Below, in pieces: positions 1 to 12,190 of a stretch of DNA of 64,000 nucleotides. The translations under genes and the position numbers were made by a program. The notes beneath the pieces were generated by a model, which was not told where the DNA came from, ran no database searches, and saw nothing but the letters and a program-made list of their open reading frames with translations. Source of the stretch: Azolla caroliniana (lineage: Eukaryota; Plantae; Polypodiophyta); contig JBHGNT010000009.1 in assembly GCA_043228905.1 (NCBI GenBank), forward strand, positions 19,778,001-19,842,000. The letters run 5' to 3'. The stretch's first letter is position 1, and the number at the start of each line of letters is the position of its first letter.

Positions 1-981
1 CTGAGCTTTGTTCCATTGCTTGTTAAAGTGAAGATAATCACTACAATGGCATTTTGGTCTCACCCTTGAAATCTCTCTACTCTCATCCTTCCCCAAAAAT
101 GAATCTTCCACGTCAATCCAGTTTCCTCACATTAAGTGTCATGGATTCCAAAAGTTTTTTTTTATCATGCTTTATCTGAAAACGTTTTAACATAATGAAA
201 AGTGGATTTCTTGATTTTTTATTTGTTTTTCTCTGAAGAGCCAAAACGATTTAAAACTGAGGTTTACTAATGACTAATCACTACTAGGACAAAAAAACTA
301 CTCTATTGCAAGCTCCATGGATCTGGTAAAGTAGAGTAACAATAGATAAATATAGCAGTGTTGCACTATGTGCTTGCCTGTTATAATATACCTTTCCATA
401 AAGACAAAACCAAGAGTTTGAACTTAAATATAAAACTGAGAGGAAAACGGACCAAGAGAAGACGAAAACAACAGGAAAAAGAAAAACATATCATGAATCA
501 TGATTATAGTATAAGTGAGTGAAACTTGGATCACCCAGTTCCCTTCATTAGCTTGTGGATCTTCTTTTCAACAATGGTATACATATTATAGATACAAACA
601 AAAAGGTTGCTATGAGGGAATTAATATTGAATCCTTGACATATAAATGATACCTTCAGGCAATTTATTATGCAATGGGAAAATTTAAACATTGTCTTTTC
701 TAATAAATATACAGGAAATATACAAATTTGGGAAAAAAGGAAATCAACACAATTGATGACGTTCTAATAACTACACCCAAGGAAATAATGGATGCAAATC
801 CAAGCCTTCAGATAAAAATATAAACAATGCAAAACAAAGCAAATAAATATTTCTTGAACATCTACACAGAATTATATTCGTGCAGTTGACATGCAGTAAT
901 AACAATATATGTCAAACTCATAAACGCTAAACGAAAAGCACAAATGACTTTCAAGAAATCGTTTAATAACAAAATACTTAC

Positions 982-2813
982 CAGTATTTTATGAGCCCAT
1001 CCCAGCCACACGTAGCTACCTTGCTTTGCTCCAAAGGATGCCATTCACATCCAATGCAAACACCTTCATGGCAATTTAGTGTTCGGAAGACTTTGCACGA
1101 TTTCCAATCCCAGAACCAACACCGTCCTTCCCCATCACCAGACATGACAAAGCGACCATCGGGAGAGAAGTTCACTTGGCACGCATAACCTGCTACAATA
1201 TGACCAGCAAACCTTTTCTTCTTATTGAGACGGAACCTCTCTCTTGTGCTATAGATAAGGATCTGATTGTCTAAACTTTGAGCCGCAAGCCAATTATTGT
1301 TCGGATGGAGAGTAATGGAAGGCATAGAATGCATATGTGGCTCACTTATATATTTGATTACCACTGGAATTCCAAATTCCCAGACACGTAATGACTTGTC
1401 ATCGCTCGATGTCACAAACCTTCGATTATCATCTACAAATGTGATTGTATTCACAGCCCCAAGATGCTGATCATACTCTTGTGTAATTTCACCTGATTTC
1501 ATATCCCATTGAACAATCTTCTTATCATTCATCCCAGCTAAGAGAATGTGTTGCTTGTCTTCATCAGGGTGAAGCCTTACCACATAAGGGATCTTCCCTG
1601 TTGAGAATGTAGAGATCACTTGTCCAGTCTCAGTATCCCATTGCTTGATTTTCCGGTCATAGCTAGCACTCAAAAACTTAGAACCATCATTGTTGAATGA
1701 GATATCTCTGACTGCTTTTGAATGACCCATGTAGGTCCTCATGCATTTTCCATTACCATGGACATCCCATATCTTAACCTTAGTATCCATACTAGCTGAA
1801 AGCAGAAGATGTCCATATTTTGGAAAGAAACGAATGGCTGATACACCTTTAGTGTGCCCACTCCAAGTGTGAACCCATCTTTTTGGTATATAGCAATGAT
1901 CGTTAGATGCTTTAACATCTTTAGGAGGAGCAATCCATGATCTCCCTTGATAATCCTTCTCATCTTTACCATGAAATGTACTTTTATCTTGAACTTCAAC
2001 ACTTTCTCCCTTCTCCTTCTCACTTTTCTTCTTCGCATACTCTTCAGCATACTTCTTCTGCTCTTCAGTAAGCTCAGTCTGCAATCCTTCCTTCTTACCT
2101 GACCATGGGCTCTTTGAATTCTTCTTCAACCACAAATCTGATGCCGGATTCTGGGTTTCTCGCGCCATCTCTGGGTCAATTTCTTCTTCATCTTCTTCTC
2201 CAATCTCCTCCCCTTCTTTCCTAGCCTTTCTCTCTACTTTCCGTTTCTTATGTTCACTTTGTTTTAGATTATACACTGAAGCTCCGTCATTAGCCTTCAA
2301 AGCTTCGCTGTCGCCGATAATGTTGTTTCCTACATTCGCTGAAGGGTCGGCTGCATACCCAAACTTATGGAAAGTGTTATATTGTTCATCAAAGATGAAA
2401 GAGGATATGGCAGCATCCTCAACAAACCCTAGCTTATGGTTTCTCATGCCCTGAGCTATTCCATCTTTAGCGAAAGGGTGAGCAGGGCCAACTATAGGTG
2501 CCCATAGCTGATCATATGCAGGGTTGAAATTTACGCTTCTTCTGGAGGGATCCACGGGTCCAGACGCCATGGATTTGCTCAAGCTTGGAGCTAGGAGGAT
2601 TAGGGTATCATCGACATCAGGTGCGGCGGATTTCTTCGGAACCATGAGACGAACAGGAGATGCATCTGGGGAAGACGAGGAGGGAGATGGAGAAGGAGGA
2701 CGTACCTGTTGATTCCCGGTGTTCTCTTTCTGAGAGGTTCCGCCTTCGTCTTCTTCTTCTTCATCTTCGTCTTCGTCTTCGTCTTTCTCTGTGTAGCGAG
2801 CTAAGAGGTCCAT
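982..2813 (-). CDS. CDC40: Pre-mRNA-processing factor 17 (CDC40/PRP17), WD40-repeat second-step splicing factor; main exon
   Basis: 611-aa ORF with PRP17 hallmarks ([46 protein letters not shown]40 repeats ending [20 protein letters not shown]). The apparent TAA at 978-980 overlaps a consensus donor TG|GTAAGT, so the exon probably ends at 982. Confidence 0.95.
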
Positions 2814-2885
2814 GGAAGCTGAGGTGTCTCGTGGGTTTTGTTTCCTCTCTGTTCTTTCCCGCCCAGTCTCTGAGAAAAACAGAGC

Positions 2886-2960
2886 AGCAGAAGAAGAAGA
2901 AGAAGAAGGAAGAAGAAGAAGAAGAAGAACTTCCTCTTTTAGCCTAAGAAGAAGAAGAAT
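2886..2960. repeat. (GAA/TTC)n trinucleotide tract in the CDC40 5' leader region
   Basis: Runs of gaagaagaa immediately upstream of the CDC40 ATG. Confidence 0.85.
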
Positions 2961-3176
2961 CTCCTCTTTTAGCCTTTCTTTCCTCTTTAGGTAGAGAAAT
3001 GATGGTTCTTTGCTTTTTTAAGCTCTTGTTTGACAATGCATTAGTAATAGCTCTTATTAGGGCAAAAGAGGGAACTTTTGTTCCTTATTAGCACACACTA
3101 GAATATTGTGTGTATTCGCGAGCTCATCCCTGTGTGTCAGCATAGAGACATTCCATTTATCAGGACACAAAAGAAT

Positions 3177-3225
3177 ATGTGTGTGCGTGTGTGCGTGTGT
3201 GCGTGTGTGCGTGTGTGCGTGTGCG

Positions 3226-3283
<58 letters not shown>
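3177..3283. repeat. Compound (GT)n/(GTGC) microsatellite
   Basis: Directly visible gtgtgcgtgt...gtgtgt run. Confidence 0.95.
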
Positions 3284-3284
<1 letters not shown>

Positions 3285-4239
3285 ACACCTGCGTATTTGC
3301 AATATGCTTATATAGTCTGTGTCTGTGTTTGTTTACTAATAAATTCTGGACTATCTGCTACATCGTGGATTCACAGGCTTATCACACATGTGTCATTGTA
3401 GTTTGTTAGCATGTAACTAGTATCTGTATCATGGAATCATGGGTTCAGAGTCCACCAATTGTCATGTGTCCTTCCTCCTATGGTTCTGCCTACCCCGAAA
3501 TCATTTGAGGTAATTGTTCAAAGTTCAAAACGTTGAGTTGTGGTGGAGCTTATGAGATATTATGCGTAAGAAAAGGGTTATATATCCTTGTGTTACATGA
3601 GAAATAAATATATATGAATGTCTTCTACGAGTCTGAAAAAAGGGCTCTATGAGACTAAATAGCACTTCCGAAGATGTTTGTTCTTATAGTAAATTTGGTG
3701 AATATACGAAATATTCTCGTTAGCTAAGCACTTGGCATCCTAAGATTGGATCAATTTCAACTTTTGCCTTCGAAAATCTCCACCATATGACAAATCCAAG
3801 TTAAGAGGTCTTTAAAGTGAGGGAATCACCTTCAATGTTGGGTAATAATGGTCTGAATCTATCAATGAAAAGGGTGGTGGGCTTGTGGTCCATATAGATG
3901 GCTCATAGAATATTGAGTTTATTGAAGCTATTTTGCCCTGATGGTTTAGTTGTTAGAATACCAAACTTCTAGACTATGTCTAAGGGTCAAGCACCAATTT
4001 CTTCATCTCTCTAATGCTTCATACATATCCTCTTAATTCACTAGATGCCACTGTGAAAATGTAGGGATTGAACCCATGACCTTCTGATCTCCATTGGACA
4101 ACCTTATCAAGGTACATCCATCTCGTTTCTGTCTATCTCTCTCTCAACATAAATTATATCATAATAGGGGTTAAATCATTGTAATTACATGTATTTCATG
4201 AAATCGAGCTTTCATTACCTTGGAATTGAATGTTTACAA

Positions 4240-4713
4240 TTGAGCACGGTTTGGGATGGCTCAAGCCAAACCAAACTGTTTTGGGCCAATCTGGTTCCCA
4301 AACTTGTTAATGCTTAATCGGCTTGGCTAAACCGATTTAGTAACCAGTTTGGTTCAAGTTTAAATTTTATTTATTGATTATTCCAATGGTTCATGTGAAT
4401 TAGGTGTAATTCTAAATAGGAGTCGGCAACAACTCAACTCAAGCTTAAACCGAACCATTAAACTATTTGGTTGTTCTGTTCGGTTTAGGCTCAAGCTTCC
4501 GTAACTAGTTTGAGCTTTGTTTGGGATGGCCCAAGCCGAACCAATTTGTTTTGGGCCAATCCGGTTCCCAAACTGATTAATTCTTAATTGGCTTGGCTAA
4601 ACCGATTTAGGAACTTGTTCGGTTGAAGTTTGGAAACTCCCAAACAGGTTAAGACTTAATTGATTTGATTTGGACAAGGCCAAATCAGTTAAGCCAAAAC
4701 CAAATCATTGCCG
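4240..4713. mobile_element. MITE-like non-autonomous DNA element rich in AAACCG/CGGTTT motifs, with an internal ~270-bp direct duplication
   Basis: gtttgggatggc..aagcc.aaccaa...ttttgggccaatc.ggttcccaaac occurs at ~4250 and ~4520; the end aaaccaaatcattgccga resembles the end of the 50980-51405 element. Confidence 0.5.
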
Positions 4714-5190
4714 ATAAGGAAAACAATGAATATGACACAACAATATGATTTAAAATGATTGTAAATTACTCAAAAAAAGGATTTAGAGAAAATATGGACC
4801 ACAGAGGAATTCTCATTTAACAATGTCAAAGTGTTGTCAAGTTCAATGCTTTGTGGTTAAGGTCATTCTTTTTCGTGAAAAAGATGGGATGTTCAAGTTC
4901 TCGTGGAACAATAGAAGGATAGGTTCAATTGAACATGAAGTAAAACAATGGTAGGGATTGAGTGATCGTCCACAAGGAGACCAAATTTAACCCATGGAAC
5001 TAAATAAACATATCATATTGGGCATGAGTCCTCCTAAGAAGGGGGTTACGACTACTTGGTACTAAAAACTCTTGTTAAGTACCCCTCATACTTAGGACGA
5101 CCCATGAAGATATCGATGCCAACACGAGTGCTACACTAAGTGCAAGACCAGGAAAAAGGATGTTATGAGCATACCATAACCGTAGTTCTA

Positions 5191-5458
5191 GGCTAATTCA
5201 TAAGGATAAAAGGTGTGCATCGAGTTATCTCGATCCTATCGTGGGAGATCACTTTAGAGTGTTTCATCACTTGACTATATTTTATAAGAAATGTAACAAT
5301 ATGAAACATATAATGGCTTAAATTGTGGGCTAATTCGTATGGATAAAGGGTGAACATCGAGTTATCTCAATCCTACTGTGGGACACAACTTTAGAGTGTT
5401 TCATCACTTGACTACTTTTTATAAGAAAAGTAACAATATGAAACATATAATGGCTTAG
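5191..5458. repeat. Tandem duplication, ~138-bp unit x2 (possibly inside an old solo LTR)
   Basis: ggctaattc...catcgagttatctc...actttagagtgtttcatcacttgacta...aaacatataatggctta occurs twice. Confidence 0.85.
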
Positions 5459-8400
5459 GGTTTGAATCTATATAAGAAGGCTAGCTACCTTCATCAAGGG
5501 GGATATCTTTTCATTATTGGTTGAGATAGAGACTCGAACAGTGTGTCAAAACTCTAGTTTCATACATGTGTGCCTCCTCCTTCTTCAAACCCAATGTACA
5601 ATCCATGTTCGTGCACAGTGGTATGGGACACCGACAAGGTACTTGGTCTATCTCTCACCTCCACTAATGGGGTGATTGGGTTGAGTAGGGCCCTAACCTT
5701 GTCATGTAAACACATGTGCTTGTCTACTCGAGTGGGATAACGAGGGACATGAACCATGAAAGACATGACGTTATTGGAGAGGTACTTGCAATAATGTTCC
5801 CTAAGCTTTCATGCATTGCTTAGTCTTTCAAGGAAAATCGAGAGTTCTTATGAATGCATGGCGAGTTGAACCACATGGAATTACTCTCCATTACATTTCA
5901 CTCGATTGACATGTCTCTACTTTTAACATGGGGGTTGAGGAAACAAGATTAGGAGAAAATTAGACAAGGAAAAGAACAATTCTCTATGATCAATGGCTGA
6001 CCACTTTCTGTTGATGTACGATTCATGCACCCTCTTTTTACTTACCTTTTCCCAGAGGATCAATAGCCTTAAGCATTTGACTTTTTACATTTTTACATAT
6101 TTTTTATGATTGTCCCTCCCCCCTCTTTTTTTCACTTTTCTATCCTTCGACCTGTCATGTTGCGACAATGTCCACATTACGGATCAACGTGTGTATAATG
6201 GCCTCACGTTTTTTGGCGACACTAAGGTTGTTCATGATCACAATGAGCACAAAACTGTCTACAATGCCAATTGATGGATCCATGCGATGTCCCTTGTGTT
6301 CTGCCTACATGTGTGATTCTCATGAGCATTTTTTTTAACATGAAAACATGACCAAGAGTGCAACTATGAGTACAACTATAAGGAGCATAGGCTCTACTCA
6401 CGTAACGTCAACAACTACGCTTGTGACAACTTATCCATGTCATTAGTTAGTGTGACTACTGTGAGTGAGACCAAGAGCATGATTACAAGTTGGACTATGA
6501 GGAGCACAAACCCAGTACATGGGTAATGAATATGACCTTCAAAAGAGGATAGAAGGTCCATAATATAAGCTATAAAGGAGATCATATCATGCATAGCATG
6601 TCAAGGACACCGTATGAGGCCATGCGTTTTACATCTAAACTAATGAAGGCCACAATATGGTTTTTGTCATGCAACAATCAAATAATTGTTGGACGGAATG
6701 GATGGTTTCACAAGGATCCACAAGAACGTTGTGAAAATGGGGAAATTTCGTTGCACTTGTAGCTAGTTGTGGAAGTTGCACATGCAAGACATGCAAAGTT
6801 GAAGGTTGACGTTCACTTGGTAGTTGCGTTTTAAGTGTGTGCGTGTGCAAACGTTTTATGCATGATAAATTTGGTGCATATATGCAATTCAATGTATTTG
6901 TATGTGGTTATATTTGTGAGTTGGTACGTGTTTATATCCATAAATAGGCAGGGACGTAGATAAATAGATAGATACATATGTTCATATGAAAATGCACATG
7001 TGTAATCCTATGGGTATAATTATGCGTGGATGTGTAAGTGTTTGTAAATGTGCTTAAATGTTAATGTATGCATAATTGTAAGCGTAAAGGTACACACAAA
7101 AATGTGTTTGTGTATTAATGTGGTTAAGTGTCCACGTGTATCTTTATATTGTATGCATTTAGGAAAAAGAGGGGGACTGAATCTTAGTTATTAAAAGATA
7201 GGGAAGATTTGAAGATTATAGGGAAAAGAGTGTGGGAAATTAATGATATTACGGGGGCAATGATATTTTGGGTATTTAACAAATTTAAGGGTGAGATATG
7301 AGAGATCTAGAATCGAGTGACGCGGAGGTCTAGTGTCGCTACCTCCTTTGAGCAATAGGTTTATACACCCTTGACTAGTAGGTTGCCACGGAGTGAGTAG
7401 CATTCCGTCACATATGTATTATTCATGTAGCAACTCTGCAACGAGACAAATTCCTTCGTGTGGGGGCAACACGAGGGAACATGTCAATTTATTATAGTTC
7501 TGAGAGGAAGCTACCCAAACGGGCGACTCTTCTTAATTCTCGCATTGAAGCTAATACGAGAGCAAGTGCAACTAAATGGAAGATTGTCAAATCACCCATT
7601 CAGATATGTGGATTTGAATCCTGATAACTTTTTTTTGCATGAGAAGGCGAATCCACTCAAGATAACTCAAATGTATTGTCTTCCTACGCCTCTTCATTTA
7701 TATGTTCACCATTGATTGGATTTGCATGTAGGCGTCTTTGATAATCCAAACCTTGTTGACGCATCATCGAGTGTTTTATTCCAAGTATTAAAAAGGACAT
7801 TCAAAGCAAAATTTGAAGTTGTTTTCACTTTGAATTGGCACAATTCAAATCCAAATACACGTGATTTAATAGAGATGGTTATTCAATTAAAGAAAGTGGT
7901 TAAAAATCCTATGGATACAAGCAAGTTCAAAAGAGAATATATTGTATAATGATTGATCTTGAATACAAAGGGAATATGATCGATATAGAAAGAAATGGGT
8001 CAAGGGATATATTTGATTTGGCATGGCAAGTATGCAATTGACAACTTCAACACCTTGGTCATCACAAGCCTCCCACACGTCCGCCTGATTCATAACCCAT
8101 CAAAGTTCTTTGAAATCGAAGCTTGGGCATCACTAAAAAAACCCCAGGGGCGACAATGATATCTTTCTATCTCCTTTCATTTTATAGCACTCGTGATCTC
8201 TCTTGTTGGCAAAAAATGGGTTATTCCCACTTGGCATGCACCATTGCCTTTTTCTTTCAACATACGCTTATTCTTTTTTTTTGACATGGGTGTTTAGTTT
8301 TGCCAAAAGTGCACATTGCACATAAATTCTTGTCACACACACCCCAATTGTCTTTTGCCCGTTGTTGTCTCATTATATTTACCCTTCTAGACATCTTTAA

Positions 8401-9009
8401 CAAGTTTTAAATCCTTTACTCTTTCATTGAGCTATGTGGTTAACTTTTGCCATTTGAGCTATTATATGTTGCTGATCTTTTATATTATTTGCTTTTATTT
8501 TTCATCTAATTTGCATGTTGTTTAGATTCATGAGCTTTGTGAAACCTGTCTTTTTTCATCAACCCCCTTCCCCCCCCTTTGCACATACCATATCATGACA
8601 CTAGTTTGGACAAGGACCCCCCCCTCAAACATCCAAAATCGTCACCAAGTGCACCGAAGCCCTTCTCAGCAAGCAACCATCCTTCCCCAACAAACTCCAT
8701 TTCCAAATATGGGTGTGTGATTGGCTAAGCCAACCAAATATTATCGATATGGTCGACAACAAAGTCGGGAAGGGTGGGGACATCACTTATCCTACCAATG
8801 GGAAGAATCACAATGTGATTACAAATTACAACCAATATCAACATGATGAAGTGTTTGCTCATTACATTGAGGTAGATGGTGATATTATGCTTGCCTTAGT
8901 ATTGTGAGGTGAACAATGAGAAAGTAGGCTAAGCCAAGAGAACCTCTTACACAATCAAATCTAAACTTCTTTAATTGCCAAGGCTCACATATGGCAAGTG
9001 TGTGCCCGA

Positions 9010-9260
9010 CTAAACATCAATAGATACAATTATAAGCTTATGAGCACTTCACTATTAAATAGACCCACCACATCGAACAAGAGATGGTAAAGCGTTGATA
9101 GTCGGGTTTCAAGTAGAAGCCAATTGCCCCAAGGCTAAACATCAATAGACACAATTATAAGCTTATGGGCACTTCACTATTAAATAGACCCACCACATCC
9201 ATGGACAAAACCAGGTAAAGCAGTGATAGCCAGGTTTCAAATAGAAGCCAATTACCCAAG
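9010..9260. repeat. Tandem duplication, ~125-bp unit x2
   Basis: ctaaacatcaataga.acaattataagcttatg.gcacttcactattaaatagacc at ~9010 and ~9135. Confidence 0.85.
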
Positions 9261-9443
9261 ATATGTTGCAACTTTGACATAAAATTGAACCACATATATG
9301 TATATATATAAATTGAACAAAAAAACTTTGCATAATATTGCCAAGTCATAATTATGATTGTTATACATTGATCATGAGAATCCCCAGAGCATGATGTAAA
9401 ATTTGAGAATGAACAGAGCATTATCAGATAAGTTTAGGGATTA

Positions 9444-9730
9444 GGGCTCAAAGACTTATGGTTGTTTAGGGTTTGGTTTGATGTTGCGTGTACACTAGAT
9501 GAAGGGTTATGGGCACCTTGGCTAGAATGCACTTGCCAAAGACTCAAGAACTCAATAGATGTGTAGAATCTCTGAAGAAATCATGGGCTCAAAGACTTAT
9601 GGTTGTTGTTTAGGGTTTGGTTTGATGGTGCATGTACACTAGGTGAAGGGTTATGGGCACCTTGCCTAGAATGCATTTGCCAAAGACTCAAGAACTCAAC
9701 AGATATGTGGAATCTCTGAAGAAATCATGG
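9444..9730 (+). repeat. 144-bp tandem duplication spanning the PPR start codon; creates a 34-aa uORF (9509-9613)
   Basis: gggctcaaagacttatggttg...gaagggttATGggcacc...ctgaagaaatcatgg occurs twice; ATGs at 9509 and 9653; in-frame TAG at 9611-9613. Confidence 0.9.
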
Positions 9731-12190
9731 CTAGATGGGCATGAGCTATTTGACCGTGTGACCCATTTACTATGTCCAAAAACAGAGTGTAGCTTGATCA
9801 CAATCTTCTCTTGCCTTTTGCAGAGTTGCATGGAATGTTATGACCTAACACTGGGCAGAGTGCTTTATTCACTCATTCTCAAGACCGGCCTCGAGTCTGA
9901 TACCATCCTTGGCCGATGCTTGATCAGAATGTATATGCAAAATGGTGGCTTTCATGAAGCAATACAAGCTTTTGAGAAGGTATGTGAACCGGATTTATTC
10001 TCTTGGGGTGCTTTTATTTCATCTCATCTCAAACTTGGAAAGAATGAGAGAGCCCTTGAGTTATATCACTTAATGAGACATTCAAATGTCGATGCGAATG
10101 GTGATATTTACCTCACTTTGTTTAGAGTATGTATTAGTTTAGGTAGTGTAGGAGAGGGTAACGTGGTTTACTCTCATGTTATTGAAGCTGGATTTGATGA
10201 CGATCTGTTTGTATGCAATGCCCTAATCCACATGTATGCTAACTTTATTTGTCTTGCTGATGCACATTATATCTTCGAGAAATCCCCAAAGACCGATGCT
10301 GTGACTTGGAATTCGTTGATCACTGGATTTGTTCAAAGCGGACTTGATAAAGAAGCTCTAGATGTTTTTTCCAACATGCAAGAGATTGGAATCGAGCCCA
10401 CTAAGATTACGTTGTCTTCAGTTTTAAAGGCATGCTCTAATTCGGTAGCATTTCAGAAAGGTACACTAATACATTCATATATTGTGGAAATGGATAATGA
10501 GCTAGATTTAGTCATTGCTAATACTCTTATTGACATGTACTTGAGGTGTGGAAGCTTTACTGATGCATCCTTGCTACACAGGAAATCTCCAAGGAGAAAT
10601 CTTGTCACATGGAATGTGATGATCTCAGCCTTGGTTCAGCAAGGACGTGATATTGAGGCTTTACAATGGTGCAATGAGATGATTCAGGGCGGGTTGCTGC
10701 CTGATCGAATCACATATGTATCTTGCTTGAAAGCTTGTATTGGCTTAGGAACCATCATTTCAGGTAGGTTGATTCATATGCACATTTTGGAGGTCTATCA
10801 TTGTGTTGATTCAACTGTTAGTAACATGTTACTAGACATGTATGCCACTTGTGGGGCTTTAACAGATGCAATTTCTCTTTTTAGTGAATGTTCGAAACAA
10901 GACACGATCACATGGAATGTGTTGATGAAAGGATTGATTCAGAATGGCTATGAATGGGATGCATTACAATTCTTTCAACAAATGCAACAAGAAGGAGTTG
11001 TTTCGACTGGGTTTACTTATGGATGTATACTTAAGGCGTATACTGGCTTGTTTGCATTATGTAATGGTAAACTCCTGCATGCTTTCATTATGAGAAGTAG
11101 ATCCCTTATGGATGTGCATGTGAGCAATGCTCTCATTGATTTATATATTAAATGTGGAGAATTTAGTCATGCATATAAAGTTTTCAATAAGCAATCTCAG
11201 AAGGGAGATTTGACTGCATGGAACACAATGATTGCTGGATTTGCTCAGCATGATGAGGCTGATGAAGCGATTCGGCTTTTCTTTCAACTATACCAGAGGG
11301 GTCTTGAGCCCAATAGGATTACTTTCATTTCTATCATGAAGGCATGCTCTGTTTCTGCATCTCTCGGTCAAGGTAGGCTTGTTCACACGTGCATTTTAAT
11401 CACAGGTATGCAATCCAAGATCTCCATTGTGAATGCTCTCATCGACATGTATGTAAAATTGGGTAATGTCAAGGATGCACAAAATGTGTTCGATGGGTCA
11501 CAAGAGAGGGATGTTGTGACCTGGAGTGCAATGACGTTGGGATATGCAGAACAGAGTAACTATAGACTTGTCTTGGCAAATTTTCACAAGATGCAAATGG
11601 AAGGTATCAAACCAGATGCTATTGCATTCTCTTGTTTGCTCTCAGTATGCCGGCATCTCGGAGAAGTCCGTGAAGGGTATTACTATTTTAATGCAATGCA
11701 ACAAGAGTACGGCATCAGGCCAACAATGGAGCATTGGAATAGTTTGGTTGACCTCCTTGGTGGTAGTGGTTACTTGGATGAGGCAAATAACATGCTGAAA
11801 GGCATGCCTTTCCAATCAAATAGTATTGGATGGTTATCTTTGCTGGGTCATTGTAAAACACACGGGGCCATTGAGCTGGGCAGGAAAAGCCTATGCAAAA
11901 TTGATGTGACAGACAATGAATATGTCACCGGGTTGGTGCTTTTGCGCAATATTCATGATAATGTTGGCATGTGGGGGGACACAAATATGATAATCGAAGA
12001 AATGAAGTGCAAGAATGCATTCAAGAAACCAGGAAGGGCCTTTATCGAGACTGCAAATAAGGTTCAAATGTTTACGGTAGGAGACAAAAGCCATGAAAGG
12101 AATCATGACATACTTGCAAAGGTGAAGAGGTTGTTTGCGCAAGTACAAGATGAAGGCTATATGCCATGCTTTGGAATGATGGGAAAGTGA
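9653..12190 (+). CDS. PLS-class pentatricopeptide repeat protein with E/E+ extension (organellar RNA-editing specificity factor), lacking the DYW catalytic core
   Basis: 845-aa intronless ORF with P-L-S triplets (NALIHMY...DAVTWNSLITGF...G..P...T...LKAC), E1/E2 (HWNSLVDLLG.SG.L.EA; W.SLLGHCKTHG) and E+ (KKPGRAFIE...VQMFTVGDKSH...GYMP), followed by a stop. Confidence 0.93.
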   Translation: MGTLPRMHLPKTQELNRYVESLKKSWLDGHELFDRVTHLLCPKTECSLITIFSCLLQSCMECYDLTLGRVLYSLILKTGLESDTILGRCLIRMYMQNGGFHEAIQAFEKVCEPDLFSWGAFISSHLKLGKNERALELYHLMRHSNVDANGDIYLTLFRVCISLGSVGEGNVVYSHVIEAGFDDDLFVCNALIHMYANFICLADAHYIFEKSPKTDAVTWNSLITGFVQSGLDKEALDVFSNMQEIGIEPTKITLSSVLKACSNSVAFQKGTLIHSYIVEMDNELDLVIANTLIDMYLRCGSFTDASLLHRKSPRRNLVTWNVMISALVQQGRDIEALQWCNEMIQGGLLPDRITYVSCLKACIGLGTIISGRLIHMHILEVYHCVDSTVSNMLLDMYATCGALTDAISLFSECSKQDTITWNVLMKGLIQNGYEWDALQFFQQMQQEGVVSTGFTYGCILKAYTGLFALCNGKLLHAFIMRSRSLMDVHVSNALIDLYIKCGEFSHAYKVFNKQSQKGDLTAWNTMIAGFAQHDEADEAIRLFFQLYQRGLEPNRITFISIMKACSVSASLGQGRLVHTCILITGMQSKISIVNALIDMYVKLGNVKDAQNVFDGSQERDVVTWSAMTLGYAEQSNYRLVLANFHKMQMEGIKPDAIAFSCLLSVCRHLGEVREGYYYFNAMQQEYGIRPTMEHWNSLVDLLGGSGYLDEANNMLKGMPFQSNSIGWLSLLGHCKTHGAIELGRKSLCKIDVTDNEYVTGLVLLRNIHDNVGMWGDTNMIIEEMKCKNAFKKPGRAFIETANKVQMFTVGDKSHERNHDILAKVKRLFAQVQDEGYMPCFGMMGK

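Noticed and set aside
3057-3409. ORFs with HT/CV dipeptide repeats (also 22599-22880 and 56982-57273)
   Set aside because: Translations of dinucleotide microsatellites.
7458-8093. Short ORFs possibly from a transposon
   Set aside because: No recognisable domain motif; too degenerate to call.
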